DNA from: Candidatus Hydrogenedentota bacterium | Lineage (GTDB): Bacteria; Hydrogenedentota; Hydrogenedentia; Hydrogenedentales; SLHB01 | Direction: 5' to 3' | NCBI GenBank assembly: GCA_963674865.2 | Contig: CAXXYE010000009.1 | Span: 928,001 to 992,000, forward strand | Length of the DNA stretch: 64,000 nucleotides | Shown: positions 39,667-49,696 of the stretch, one piece after another | How positions within the stretch are numbered: position 1 is the first letter of the stretch | Layout: every line of letters starts with the position of its first letter | Position numbers and translations under genes: made by a program | The notes under the pieces: model-generated | Database searches by the model: none | What the model saw: only the letters and a program-made list of their open reading frames with translations | What the model was told of the DNA's origin: nothing

Positions 39667-39695
39667 TTGCCTGGCCTCTGGCCCGCTGCTATAAT
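39667..39695 (+). promoter_or_regulatory. Sigma70 promoter of the radical SAM gene
   Basis: TTGCCT-17 nt-TATAAT with a TGn extension. Confidence 0.65.
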
Positions 39696-39734
39696 CGCAA
39701 CGATGCCCTGTCTTACCGGAGAAGTGAGCCCGAT

Positions 39735-41030
39735 ATGACGACACAAGAAGCACCGCCGATCGGCCCGGCGCAGCCGCCCCGTTTCAAGAAGACGAAGAAA
39801 CGCGTCCTCTCCAAGCGGGCCGTCATGTGGCTTGGCCAAACGTGCAACCAGCGCTGCTTCTTCTGCTATTTCGTCGGCCGGATCATGGATAAGGACCACC
39901 CCGAGCACCCCTTCATGAGTCTGGACAAGGCGAAGGATATCTGCCGCACTCTGCGCGAGGTCTATGACAATACGGCCATCGACATTCAGGGCGGCGAGCC
40001 CACCATCTATCCCGAGATCTGCGAACTCGTCCAGTATTGCCATGACATCGGCCTCTATCCCACGCTGATCACGAATGGACTTGTGCTCGACAAGCGCGAC
40101 GCGCTCGTCAAGTACAAGGAAGCGTGCCTGCGCGATTTCCTGGTGAGTCTTCACGGCCTGCGCGAGATCCACGATGAGGTGGTCGGACACAAGGGCGCCT
40201 ACGCCAAGATCACCAGCGCCATCGAGGGCATGCGCGACGTGGGCATTCCCTTCCGCTTCAACTGCACCATGTCGGCGCCCGTTGTTCCGCTGCTCCCCGA
40301 AATCGCCCAAAAAGCGATCGACTACGGCGCCGAGGCCGTCAACTACATCGCTTTTAATCCCTTTGGCGATCAACTTACCGGGCGTCGCACCGACAGGAGT
40401 GTGCCCCGCTACGGCGACGTGCGCGAGAAGCTTACGGAGGCCCTCGACCTGCTCGAAGCCAACGGCATTGAATCAAACGTCCGTTACATCCCCTTCTGCA
40501 TGGGCGAAGAGCGTCATCGGAAGCATTTTTACAACTTCCAGCAGCTCTCCTATGACACCCATGAGTGGGATTACCAGAGCTGGCTCTGGACGATGATGCA
40601 GCCCCAGATGATGCGCGACGGCGGGCTTGTGCCGCCGTTCCTGCTCGGGCCCTTTGCGAGCCGGTTGTATTGCGGCAATCCGAACCTCGTCCGCGACTGG
40701 AGCGCGCGGCATCCCATGCTCAGTAGGCTCCTCTTTGGCATTCAGCACCGCCTCGCCCGCGCCGCGCAGGCCATGCGGGGCAAGGAGGCCCTCTACCGCG
40801 CGGAGGCGCGCCGCCGCGTCATCGAGGACTGCAAGTACCGGTATCACGACGCCTGTGCCCAATGCGCCATGCGCCATATCTGCGACGGGTTTCATGGCGA
40901 TTACGCCGAGTTCTTCGGCACGGACGAGGCCAAGCCCATCACCGATGCGCCCCTCACGGAAGACCCCCTCTTCTACATCCAGCATCAGGAGAAGATCGTC
41001 GAGCCGGAAGACGAAGCCTGGGCGCTGTAG
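39735..41030 (+). CDS. Radical SAM protein with C-terminal Cys cluster
   Basis: CNQRCFFC, GGEPT, C-terminal CAQCAMRHICDG. Confidence 0.9.
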   Translation: MTTQEAPPIGPAQPPRFKKTKKRVLSKRAVMWLGQTCNQRCFFCYFVGRIMDKDHPEHPFMSLDKAKDICRTLREVYDNTAIDIQGGEPTIYPEICELVQYCHDIGLYPTLITNGLVLDKRDALVKYKEACLRDFLVSLHGLREIHDEVVGHKGAYAKITSAIEGMRDVGIPFRFNCTMSAPVVPLLPEIAQKAIDYGAEAVNYIAFNPFGDQLTGRRTDRSVPRYGDVREKLTEALDLLEANGIESNVRYIPFCMGEERHRKHFYNFQQLSYDTHEWDYQSWLWTMMQPQMMRDGGLVPPFLLGPFASRLYCGNPNLVRDWSARHPMLSRLLFGIQHRLARAAQAMRGKEALYRAEARRRVIEDCKYRYHDACAQCAMRHICDGFHGDYAEFFGTDEAKPITDAPLTEDPLFYIQHQEKIVEPEDEAWAL

Positions 41031-41044
41031 TCTGCGACGCCCTG

Positions 41045-42424
41045 TCAGATGAACGCGTCGCTCCCCTCCTCGACGATCCAGTCCACCGTGTCCCCCAGTG
41101 TCGCGATCTCCTTCGCGGCGCGTTTGTGCAGGGCCGCAACTAAACTCGATGCGGCCTGTACGACCCGCTCTCCCGCATCCTCGCTCAGATAGCTGCTGCG
41201 GGTTGTGCAGACTTCGTATCCGCCGCCTTCAAAGGCCGCCTGGCCGCAAATGTATCCGGCATAGCCGTTGGCCAGTTCGACGCAGCAGGTGTGGGGGAGA
41301 GGAGATGTGCTGCTTACGGCGGCGGCGAACTCTTGGAACAGTTCACCCGGCACGCCCCAGAACACGGCATCGCCCACACGCATCGCCATGATCTCCAACT
41401 TGCGGCTGGCGTTCTCGCGCCGCATTGCGGCCACTGCCCGGCTTTCCCTCGCGAGTAGCCGCGTCTCATCACTAGGCGTGAAGGCGTTGCCGCCCAGCAA
41501 TTCCCGTGCTGTTCGCTTCGGACGTCCCGTTGGCGGGCGAATGGGAACTTGGATGTTCTTCGTTGCCGTGTCCACCGAAGCCCCCGCGTAGTAATCCGCA
41601 ACCGCCAGCGCGTTAATGGCGGCGCCGCCCACCGCCTGCCCCGTCCTGCGGCACCAGTACAAGCCGACTTCCTCGGGCCGCTCGATTGTGTTCGCCACCT
41701 GCGTAACATCGCCGCACGCGCCATTGAGAAACACCACGCCGAAGTCCGGCCCATAGACGCCGCGTAGCGTTTCCACCACCCATTTCGGATAGTCGGCGGA
41801 GTAATAGAGTCCATTCATGTGCGTGGCGTGGCATGCAAAGTGGACGACGCAGCCAAAGGGCTCGCGCGATCCCGGTGCACGGAAGGCCAATACCGTTACC
41901 GTGGGATCTTGCGGCCCTGCGGCCTCGATCACATCCTGGTTCATCTTGCCCGGATGCGTGCGCTGGCTCCCATCGCGCATGACGAAGCGCCGGTTGAAGG
42001 CCACACCTTCCGCCAGGCCCGTCGATCGCCCCACGAGCGCCGGGCGGCGCAGCCGGTGTGCCTCGGAAACGGCCGTCGCGATCTGCTCCGCCAGGAACCG
42101 CACGTAGTCGGAATCCGCCTTCGATGCGAGCGCATCGAAAACCGGGCCGCCGGAATGCGTATGAGTTGCCGCGATGAGGCAGTTCTTCCCCCGAATGCCG
42201 CACAAAGCCTGCGCTTGCTTGCGCGCCGCCGCCACTACCTCGTCCGGTACGACGATGGCATCCGTCTGAACCAGCGCGGCACATCGCGTGCCGTCATCAA
42301 TGACAACGGCGCGGGCGAAGAGGTCATCCTTCACTCCGAGGGCCACCCGCCGCTGGAGCAGGCCGGGAATCTCCTTGCCCGACGGCGGTGTAATACAGAC
42401 GCTCGCGAATCCTGTGTGAATCAA
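41045..42424 (-). CDS. Neutral/alkaline ceramidase N-terminal-like metallohydrolase
   Basis: DDLFARAVV, ATHTHSG, FACHAT, SADYP, GACGD, PGELF, LANGYAGY. Confidence 0.75.
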   Translation of the reverse strand: MIHTGFASVCITPPSGKEIPGLLQRRVALGVKDDLFARAVVIDDGTRCAALVQTDAIVVPDEVVAAARKQAQALCGIRGKNCLIAATHTHSGGPVFDALASKADSDYVRFLAEQIATAVSEAHRLRRPALVGRSTGLAEGVAFNRRFVMRDGSQRTHPGKMNQDVIEAAGPQDPTVTVLAFRAPGSREPFGCVVHFACHATHMNGLYYSADYPKWVVETLRGVYGPDFGVVFLNGACGDVTQVANTIERPEEVGLYWCRRTGQAVGGAAINALAVADYYAGASVDTATKNIQVPIRPPTGRPKRTARELLGGNAFTPSDETRLLARESRAVAAMRRENASRKLEIMAMRVGDAVFWGVPGELFQEFAAAVSSTSPLPHTCCVELANGYAGYICGQAAFEGGGYEVCTTRSSYLSEDAGERVVQAASSLVAALHKRAAKEIATLGDTVDWIVEEGSDAFI

Positions 42425-42469
42425 GAACGGCCCCTTCTGTTGCCCGGAAACTGTTGCACGCCACGCGCG

Positions 42470-43948
42470 TCAGATGCTCGAGGCAATCTCGTCATCCGTA
42501 GCCCTCCCCCACGCACGGATGCGCTCCTTCATGTCTTCGACGCGATCACGATGCTCAGGCAGCCCATAGAGATTGACCTTCTCATACGGATCGGAGTTGA
42601 GGTCGTACAACTCGTGCTGCTCCAAGTGCGGGCTGTAATTCAGCTTCCACCGATCCTCCGTCACCACCGTGCGTAAAGGATCCTGGATCGCCGCGACGAG
42701 ACGCTCCGGCGGGCCAAGCTCCGACAGCCACTCCGGGACCGGCTCGCCTTGCTCGAGCTTCGATATCCCTGAATCCGAGCCACTCCACTCGATGAAGACA
42801 TCACGTTGCTCGGGAGGCGCACCGTGTTCGATCAGCGGCCGCAGACTCTGCCCTTCGAGCGAACCGGGGGCCTCGGACCCCATGAGATCGAGCAGCGTCG
42901 GCACGAGGTCGACTTGGCTGATGATCTGCCGCTCCATGCGCGGCTTAACGCCCGGCGCCTTGATCAGGCATGGCACCGTAACGGCCTCTTCCATCATCAC
43001 CGTCTTCGCGAGGAGCTGATGGCTGCCCATCATGTCCCCGTGATCACTGGTGAAGACGATGATCGTGTCTTCCTCGAGGCCGCACTCACGCAGCGTCTGT
43101 AGAATGGCCCCAACCGCCGCGTCCACCTCGCTCACCAGGCCCCAGTAATTCGCTGTTAGGCGACGCCATCCCTGTTCACTGCCCAGCGCGACGCCCCCGA
43201 ATCCTTGCTCCCGGTAGATGTTGTGGAGCATACGCTGCTTCAGGTGGTTTCGTTCATCGGGGACATTCTCGTAGTTGGCCGGCAAGTCGACATAGTCGAG
43301 TGGATACTGTTCATCCCGCGGGCCGGTGAAAGGCATATGCGGTTCGAGGAAGTTCACAAAACCGATGAAAGGCTCATCCTGCCGGCATCCCCGCAGCCAA
43401 TTCGATGTTTCTTCGGCCAGATACGCGGGCTTCGAGTGCTCCTCCGGAAAGCCCGCAACGGTGCCGCGGCCAAACACCGCCGGGCCGTCGCCTTTTCCGT
43501 CCTGCGGCGTGTAGCCTTTCTCAACCAGCCAGTGATGAAACGTCGAGCGATCGTCCCGGTTGCGCCCCTCGCGGTAGTACCGCCTGTAGCCATCCTCGAT
43601 GCTGATCCACTGCTCGAAACCGTGCTGCGCGTAGATCTCGTCGCCGAGATGCCACTTGCCGAAGTAGCCGGTTCGGCAGCTCGGGAGCATCTCCGGTAGG
43701 CAAGGCGTCTCATCCCTGAGCGGCACATTGTTATGCGTGCACCCCGACGTGTGCGGATACAATCCCGTGAGAATCGTCGAGCGCGAGGGCGTGCACACGG
43801 GCTGCGTCACGTAGCACTTCTCAAATGCCACGCTTTCCTCGGCGAGGCGGTTGAGGTTGGGCGTATCGATCTTCGTATTGCCGTAACACGCCATCGTGTC
43901 CGCCCGCTGCTCATCGGTGAAGAGGAATAACAGGTTCCGCTTCTTCAT
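42470..43948 (-). CDS. Sulfatase (S1 family)
   Basis: TDEQR, CTPSR, GKWHLG, SDHGD. Confidence 0.95.
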   Translation of the reverse strand: MKKRNLLFLFTDEQRADTMACYGNTKIDTPNLNRLAEESVAFEKCYVTQPVCTPSRSTILTGLYPHTSGCTHNNVPLRDETPCLPEMLPSCRTGYFGKWHLGDEIYAQHGFEQWISIEDGYRRYYREGRNRDDRSTFHHWLVEKGYTPQDGKGDGPAVFGRGTVAGFPEEHSKPAYLAEETSNWLRGCRQDEPFIGFVNFLEPHMPFTGPRDEQYPLDYVDLPANYENVPDERNHLKQRMLHNIYREQGFGGVALGSEQGWRRLTANYWGLVSEVDAAVGAILQTLRECGLEEDTIIVFTSDHGDMMGSHQLLAKTVMMEEAVTVPCLIKAPGVKPRMERQIISQVDLVPTLLDLMGSEAPGSLEGQSLRPLIEHGAPPEQRDVFIEWSGSDSGISKLEQGEPVPEWLSELGPPERLVAAIQDPLRTVVTEDRWKLNYSPHLEQHELYDLNSDPYEKVNLYGLPEHRDRVEDMKERIRAWGRATDDEIASSI

Positions 43949-43951
43949 GAC

Positions 43952-45385
43952 TTATGCATCTTCCTTCTTGGGCCGGTATACGTGCGTGCTCGGGCCGAAA
44001 ATGATCTCGGCCGATTCCATAATCGTCTCTCCGAGCGTTGGATGCGGATGAATCGTGAGTTCGATATCGCTTGCCAACGCGCCCATCTCGATAGCAAGCG
44101 CGCCTTCCGAGATCAGTTCCCCGGCGTTCGTGCCCGCGATACCGACGCCCAGGATCACATCCGTCTCCGGATCGGCGATGATCTTCGTCACGCCCTCCGG
44201 CCGTCCCAGCGTCGAGGCCCGGCCCGACGCGCCCCAGGGGAACCGCGCCACCTTGATCGCGCGGCCCTCACGTTGCGCGTCCACTTCCGTGAGTCCGCAC
44301 CAGGCCACCTCCGGATCCGTGAAGACCACGGCGGGGATCGCCCTAGGCTCAAACACGGCATGTTGTCCCGCGATGACTTCCGCGGCCACATGGCCCTCGT
44401 GGGTCGCCTTATGCGCGAGCATCGGCTGGCCCGTCACATCGCCGATCGCGAAGATCGAGGGATCCGCCGTACGGCGTTGGCCGTCCACCTGGATGAAGCC
44501 GTGGCCATCGACCTCCACCTTGCTCGTCTTCAGGCCAATCCCGCTCGAGTTGGGCTTTCGGCCGATGCTGATCAGCACCTTCTCGAAGACTCGTTCCTTC
44601 TGCTCGACGTCCGGGCCGTCGAGCGCAATCCGGACGCCCTGCTCCACCTCTTCCATTCCGACTACCTTGGTGTTGAGCAGGATCTCGTGCATCACGTGAT
44701 CCATCCGCCCGGCCAGGATCTTCGCCAAATCGGGGTCGGCGGTCGGCAGAAGCACGCCGCCCATCTCGACGACGGTGACGCGCGTGCCCAGAGCTGCGTA
44801 CACCGAGCCTAGTTCGAGCCCGATGTATCCGCCGCCGATGACGAGCAAGGATTCAGGTATCTCCCGGATCATGAGGGCTGTTGTAGAGGTCATAATGCGC
44901 GGGGAGTCAATCAGGAAGTTCTGGAGCAGCGATGGCCGCGACCCGGGCGCCAGGATGGCGTACTCGAAATGCATCTGGCCATCGCTGCCGTCGTCGGCCG
45001 TAATCTTCAACGTGTTCGCGTCCACCAACGCGCCCCGGCCGCGTACGTACTTAATCTTGCGTGCTTTGCACAGTTGGCCCAGCCCGCTCGTCAGTTTCTC
45101 GACCACGTCGTACGTCCGCGCCCGCATCTTCTCGATGTCGATCGCCGGTTCGCCGAACGTGATGCCCCAGTTCAATGCCTCCCGCGCCTCCGTGAGTACC
45201 TTGGCCACGTGGAGCAGTGCTTTCGAGGGAATACAACCGCGGTAGAGGCAGGTGCCCCCGGGATTCTTCTCGAGTTCGATCAGGGCGACGTCGAGTCCCA
45301 GGTCGGCCGCGCGAAATGCAGCGGCGTAGCCGCCCGGCCCACCGCCGACCACCGCCACTTGCGTTGTTTCTGGGATTTCGCTCAT
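43952..45385 (-). CDS. lpdA: Dihydrolipoyl dehydrogenase (E3)
   Basis: GGGPGGY, GGTCLYRGCIPSK, HPHPTLGE. Confidence 0.97.
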   Translation of the reverse strand: MSEIPETTQVAVVGGGPGGYAAAFRAADLGLDVALIELEKNPGGTCLYRGCIPSKALLHVAKVLTEAREALNWGITFGEPAIDIEKMRARTYDVVEKLTSGLGQLCKARKIKYVRGRGALVDANTLKITADDGSDGQMHFEYAILAPGSRPSLLQNFLIDSPRIMTSTTALMIREIPESLLVIGGGYIGLELGSVYAALGTRVTVVEMGGVLLPTADPDLAKILAGRMDHVMHEILLNTKVVGMEEVEQGVRIALDGPDVEQKERVFEKVLISIGRKPNSSGIGLKTSKVEVDGHGFIQVDGQRRTADPSIFAIGDVTGQPMLAHKATHEGHVAAEVIAGQHAVFEPRAIPAVVFTDPEVAWCGLTEVDAQREGRAIKVARFPWGASGRASTLGRPEGVTKIIADPETDVILGVGIAGTNAGELISEGALAIEMGALASDIELTIHPHPTLGETIMESAEIIFGPSTHVYRPKKEDA

Positions 45386-45406
45386 AGATTCCGTCCCTTA
45401 TCCATC

Positions 45407-46735
45407 CTACTCGACAAGAAGCAAGTAGGGCTCTTCGATAGCCTCGACCAGCCGTCTCAGGAAGCGGGCTCCGTCCGCGCCGTCAATGGCCCGATGATCG
45501 TAAGACAGCGCGAGCGGCAGCATCGTGCGGGGCTCAAAGCGGCCATCGCGATAGACGGGCTCGATCTGTCCCCTCGAGATGCCGAGGATGGCGACTTGGG
45601 GCGCGTTCACAATCGGGGTGAAGGCCGTGCCGCCGATGCCGCCAAGGTTTGTCACGGTGAAGGCGCCGCCTTGGAGTTCCTGCGGCACAATCTTCTTATT
45701 TCGCGCCTTTTCCGCCAGCTCGCCGATTTCGACGGCGAGGGCGATCAGGCCCTTCCTGTCCACATCGCGCACCACAGGCACAAGGAGTCCGTGCGGCGTG
45801 TCTACGGCGACGCCGATGTGGCGCCCCCTCTTCAGTTCAATCGTTTGAGTCTCCATGTCGACGCTGGCGTTGAACTGCGGGAATTCCTTCAAGACATCCC
45901 CGAGAAGCTTCAGAATTAAGGCCGTAACCGTCAGTTTTCCGCCTTGTTTCTCCGCCTTCGGGCCATATCGCTTGCGAAAAGCCTCAAATGCCGTGATGTC
46001 GGCCTTGTCGAATTGCGTGACATGGGGGATTGTCGCCCAGGCCGCCGCCATCCGCTCCGCCGTAATACGGCGAATGGCGCTCATCTTCTGTCGCTCTACG
46101 CCACTGCTATCCGTCGCGAGATCCGTGGAAGCCGTATCATCTGCGGACGGCTTCTCTTGCTCGCTTGCCACAGTCTTCGCGGCGAAATCCCTCACGTCCT
46201 CCGCGGTGATGCGTCCACCCGGGCCCGACCCGGGAACTGTACCGATATCGACGCCCAGTTCCCGCGCCAGACGGCGCACGCTCGGCGCGGCCGGCGTCGG
46301 GGCTCCCGGCTTGCGGGCTTGTGCTGCGGTCGGCTCTTGAGGAGAATCCTTTTTCCCTGCCGGTGACTCGGCAGGTGAAGCGGATTTGGGCGCCGGCTTT
46401 GCCGGGGCCGGCGGCTCCGGTGGAGCCACGGCCGCGGGTTTCGGCGGGGCTTGAGCAGGCGGCTCGCTCGGCTCGGAAGCCTTCCCTGCCGCTGCGCCGC
46501 CCGTGTCAAGGATGAGAAGTACCTGGCCCACCTTGAGGCTTTCGCCTTCCTTGGCGCGGATTTCGGCAACCGTGCCTCCGGCCGGCGCGGGGACCTCGAG
46601 CGTGGCCTTATCCGTTTCCAGCTCGACCACGGGCTGATCTTCCCGCACCTGATCGCCCACGGCCACCAGTACCTTCGTCACTTTCCCCGATTCGATGTTC
46701 TCGCCCAGTTCAGGCAACTTGAATTCCAGCGCCAT
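45407..46735 (-). CDS. aceF: Dihydrolipoamide acetyltransferase (E2)
   Basis: One lipoyl domain (ETDKA), PSBD (GSGPGGRI), DHRAIDG; lies between aceE and lpdA. Confidence 0.93.
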   Translation of the reverse strand: MALEFKLPELGENIESGKVTKVLVAVGDQVREDQPVVELETDKATLEVPAPAGGTVAEIRAKEGESLKVGQVLLILDTGGAAAGKASEPSEPPAQAPPKPAAVAPPEPPAPAKPAPKSASPAESPAGKKDSPQEPTAAQARKPGAPTPAAPSVRRLARELGVDIGTVPGSGPGGRITAEDVRDFAAKTVASEQEKPSADDTASTDLATDSSGVERQKMSAIRRITAERMAAAWATIPHVTQFDKADITAFEAFRKRYGPKAEKQGGKLTVTALILKLLGDVLKEFPQFNASVDMETQTIELKRGRHIGVAVDTPHGLLVPVVRDVDRKGLIALAVEIGELAEKARNKKIVPQELQGGAFTVTNLGGIGGTAFTPIVNAPQVAILGISRGQIEPVYRDGRFEPRTMLPLALSYDHRAIDGADGARFLRRLVEAIEEPYLLLVE

Positions 46736-46760
46736 ATTGCGTGCCTCTTATTCCGCCTCG

Positions 46761-49436
46761 TTATGTGTTCATGGGATTGCGCTTCTCCGGATCGATGTCG
46801 AGCTCTTTCATGGCCCGCTCGACCTCCGCCGCCTCGATCTGCCCGTCTCGAGCGAGCGCGCTGAGTGTCGCCACTGTAATGAAACGCGCGTCCACCTCGA
46901 AGAAATCCCGCAAAGCCGCCCGGCTTTCACTACGCCCGAAGCCGTCGGTGCCCAGCGAGGTCAATCCTTGCGGAACCCACCGGCCTACGGAATCCGGCAG
47001 AGTCTTCACGTAGTCCGACGCGGCCACCACCACGCCTGGCGCGTCATTGAGGCACTGCCTAATATATGGGACTCGTGGCGTTTCCTGGGGATGGAGCATG
47101 TTCCAGCGCTCTACCTCAAGGCCGTCCCGGCGCAGTTCCTTGTAGCTTGTGACGCTCCACACGTCCGCGCCGATGCCGTAGCGCTCCTCGAGCATCTCCT
47201 GCGCTTTGAGCGCCTCATTCAGGATGGACCCGCTCCCCAGCAACTGCGCGCGGCGGCCCAAGTCCGGTTTCGACGTAGCCCTGAACTTGTAGAGGCCCTT
47301 CAGAATGCCTTCCGATACACCCTCCGGCATGGGCGGCATCGCATAGTTCTCGTTGCCCACCGTTAGGTAGTAGAAGACATCCTCCCGCTCCTCGTACATC
47401 CGGCGGATGCCTTCACGGATGATCACGGCCAACTCATAGGCGAAGGCCGGGTCGTACGTCACCAGATTCGGTACGGGATACGCCAGCAGGTGGCTGTGGC
47501 CGTCCTGATGCTGGAGCCCCTCGCCCGCGAGCGTCGTGCGGCCCGCCGTCGCGCCCACCAGGAATCCCTTGCAGCGCATGTCTGCCGCCGCCCAGATGAG
47601 GTCCCCGATCCGCTGGAAGCCGAACATCGAGTAGTACGTGAAGAAGGGTATAGTATTTATTCCGTGGGAGGCATACGCCGTTCCCGCCGCGATGAACGAC
47701 GCCATCGATCCAGCCTCGGTGATCCCCTCCTCAAGGATCTGGCCGTCCTGCGCTTCCTTGTAGTAAAGGAGATTGTCCGCGTCCACAGGCTCGTAGAGCT
47801 GGCCTGAATGGGCGTAGATGCCCACCTGTCTGAACAGGGCTTCCATGCCGAAGGTTCGCGCCTCATCCGGCACGATAGGCACGATCAGCCGTCCCAGTGC
47901 CTCATCCCGCAGGAGTTTCGCCAGAATCCGGACGTACGCCATGGTGCTCGAAACCGCGCGCCCGTCCGTCCCACCGTAGAACTCCTCGAACAGGCTTTCC
48001 GGCGGTGTGGCCATCTTCGGCGCGGCGTCGGCCCGAGACGGCAGCGCTTCCCCGAGGGCCGCGCGGCGTTCTCGGAGATAGGCCATTTCCGGTGAATCCT
48101 CATCGGGCCTATAGAAGGGGGCATAGGCGATCGCTTCATCCGAAATGGGGATTCCGAAGCGTGTCCGGAAATCCATCATCTCGTCTTCATTCAGCTTTTT
48201 CTGCTGGTGCGTGATGTTCTTGCCTTCGCCGCTCTCGCCCAGGCCGTACCCTTTGATGGTTTTGGCCAACACCACCGTCGGCGCCCCGGTATGGCGCGCC
48301 GCCGCGTCATAGGCCGCGTATACCTTCACCGGATCATGCCCGCCGCGGCTGAGTTTACGCACCTGCTCGTCGGTGAGCCCTTCGACAAGATGACGCAGAT
48401 CAGGTTCGCCCCCGAACAGGTGCTCCCGGATATAAGCGCCGGATTCTACGCTCAGCTTCTGGAATTGGCCGTCCACCGTCTGCTCCAGACGTCGTAGCAG
48501 CGCGCCGTCGGTGTCCTTCTCAAACAGCGCGTCCCAGTCGCTGCCCCAAACGACCTTGATGACATTCCAGCCTGCCCCGCGGAAGATGCCCTCCAACTCC
48601 TGGATGATTTTGCCGTTGCCGCGTACCGGGCCGTCGAGGCGCTGCAAGTTGCAGTTGATCACGAAGATGAGGTTGTCCAGCCCTTCGCGTGAGGCCAGGT
48701 CGATGGCCCCCAGCGTCTCTGGCTCACCCGTCTCGCCATCGCCCAGGAAGGCCCAGACTCTCGCGCCATCCCGCTGCTTGAGTCCGCGATCTTCGAGATA
48801 GCGCATGAAACGCGCCTGATAAATGGCCATAATGGGCCCCAAACCCATCGAAACCGTCGGAAATTGCCAGAAATCCGGCATTAACCAAGGGTGCGGATAC
48901 GACGATAGCCCGCCCGGAGAGCGCAATTCGCGCCGGAAGTTCTCAAGGTGCTCGTCCGTCAACCGGCCTTCCAAGTACGCCCGCGCGTAGATGCCCGGCG
49001 ACGCATGTCCTTGGAAATAAATGAGATCGCCGCTTCTTTCCTCGGCCTTCCCGTGGAAGAAATGGTTGAATGCGACCTCGTAGAGCGTCGCGGCCGACGC
49101 ATACGTCGAGATATGCCCGCCGATACCCGCCTCAAGACGGTTCGCCCGAACCACCATCGCCATCGCGTTCCAGCGGATGAAACTCTTGATCCTGCGCTCC
49201 AGCTTCGGGTCCCCCGGATAGGGGGGCTGCGAAGCCGCCGGGATGGAATTCACATAAGGTGTGTTCGCCGTGAAGCGCTGGCGGATGCCGGCGCGGTCGG
49301 CGCGAAGTTGGAGTTCGCCTAGTAAGCGAAGCACCTGCTCCGGGCGATCCCGCTGGATGACGTACTCAAGCGATTCGAGCCATTCCCGGACCTCAATGTC
49401 CGGCTCTTCTCCCTGGTGTCGATTCTCCGTATTCAC
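46761..49436 (-). CDS. aceE: Pyruvate dehydrogenase E1, homodimeric type
   Basis: [21 protein letters not shown]...[19 protein letters not shown]. Confidence 0.97.
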   Translation of the reverse strand: MNTENRHQGEEPDIEVREWLESLEYVIQRDRPEQVLRLLGELQLRADRAGIRQRFTANTPYVNSIPAASQPPYPGDPKLERRIKSFIRWNAMAMVVRANRLEAGIGGHISTYASAATLYEVAFNHFFHGKAEERSGDLIYFQGHASPGIYARAYLEGRLTDEHLENFRRELRSPGGLSSYPHPWLMPDFWQFPTVSMGLGPIMAIYQARFMRYLEDRGLKQRDGARVWAFLGDGETGEPETLGAIDLASREGLDNLIFVINCNLQRLDGPVRGNGKIIQELEGIFRGAGWNVIKVVWGSDWDALFEKDTDGALLRRLEQTVDGQFQKLSVESGAYIREHLFGGEPDLRHLVEGLTDEQVRKLSRGGHDPVKVYAAYDAAARHTGAPTVVLAKTIKGYGLGESGEGKNITHQQKKLNEDEMMDFRTRFGIPISDEAIAYAPFYRPDEDSPEMAYLRERRAALGEALPSRADAAPKMATPPESLFEEFYGGTDGRAVSSTMAYVRILAKLLRDEALGRLIVPIVPDEARTFGMEALFRQVGIYAHSGQLYEPVDADNLLYYKEAQDGQILEEGITEAGSMASFIAAGTAYASHGINTIPFFTYYSMFGFQRIGDLIWAAADMRCKGFLVGATAGRTTLAGEGLQHQDGHSHLLAYPVPNLVTYDPAFAYELAVIIREGIRRMYEEREDVFYYLTVGNENYAMPPMPEGVSEGILKGLYKFRATSKPDLGRRAQLLGSGSILNEALKAQEMLEERYGIGADVWSVTSYKELRRDGLEVERWNMLHPQETPRVPYIRQCLNDAPGVVVAASDYVKTLPDSVGRWVPQGLTSLGTDGFGRSESRAALRDFFEVDARFITVATLSALARDGQIEAAEVERAMKELDIDPEKRNPMNT

Positions 49437-49696
49437 CTAGCCCCCCAAGGACGCCGCCCAACAGTCGTCCGGTCAGATCGGCGCACGGTTTTCCATAAGT
49501 TCCGCGCACGCGGGTGCCAAGCCCAAAGTGGCCTCATTCTAGACGACTGCCTTCCGAACCATCAAGGGGCGCCCCGGCTACTGGGATCCAAGGCGGGTCT
49601 TCCTCTCCGCTTCCGGTGCTGCTATCATGGGGGGCCGTGTCCAGGGAGTCATGGGAGTTTCCTGCACCCCATATCCGGCAGACAGGGGGCAACGAT

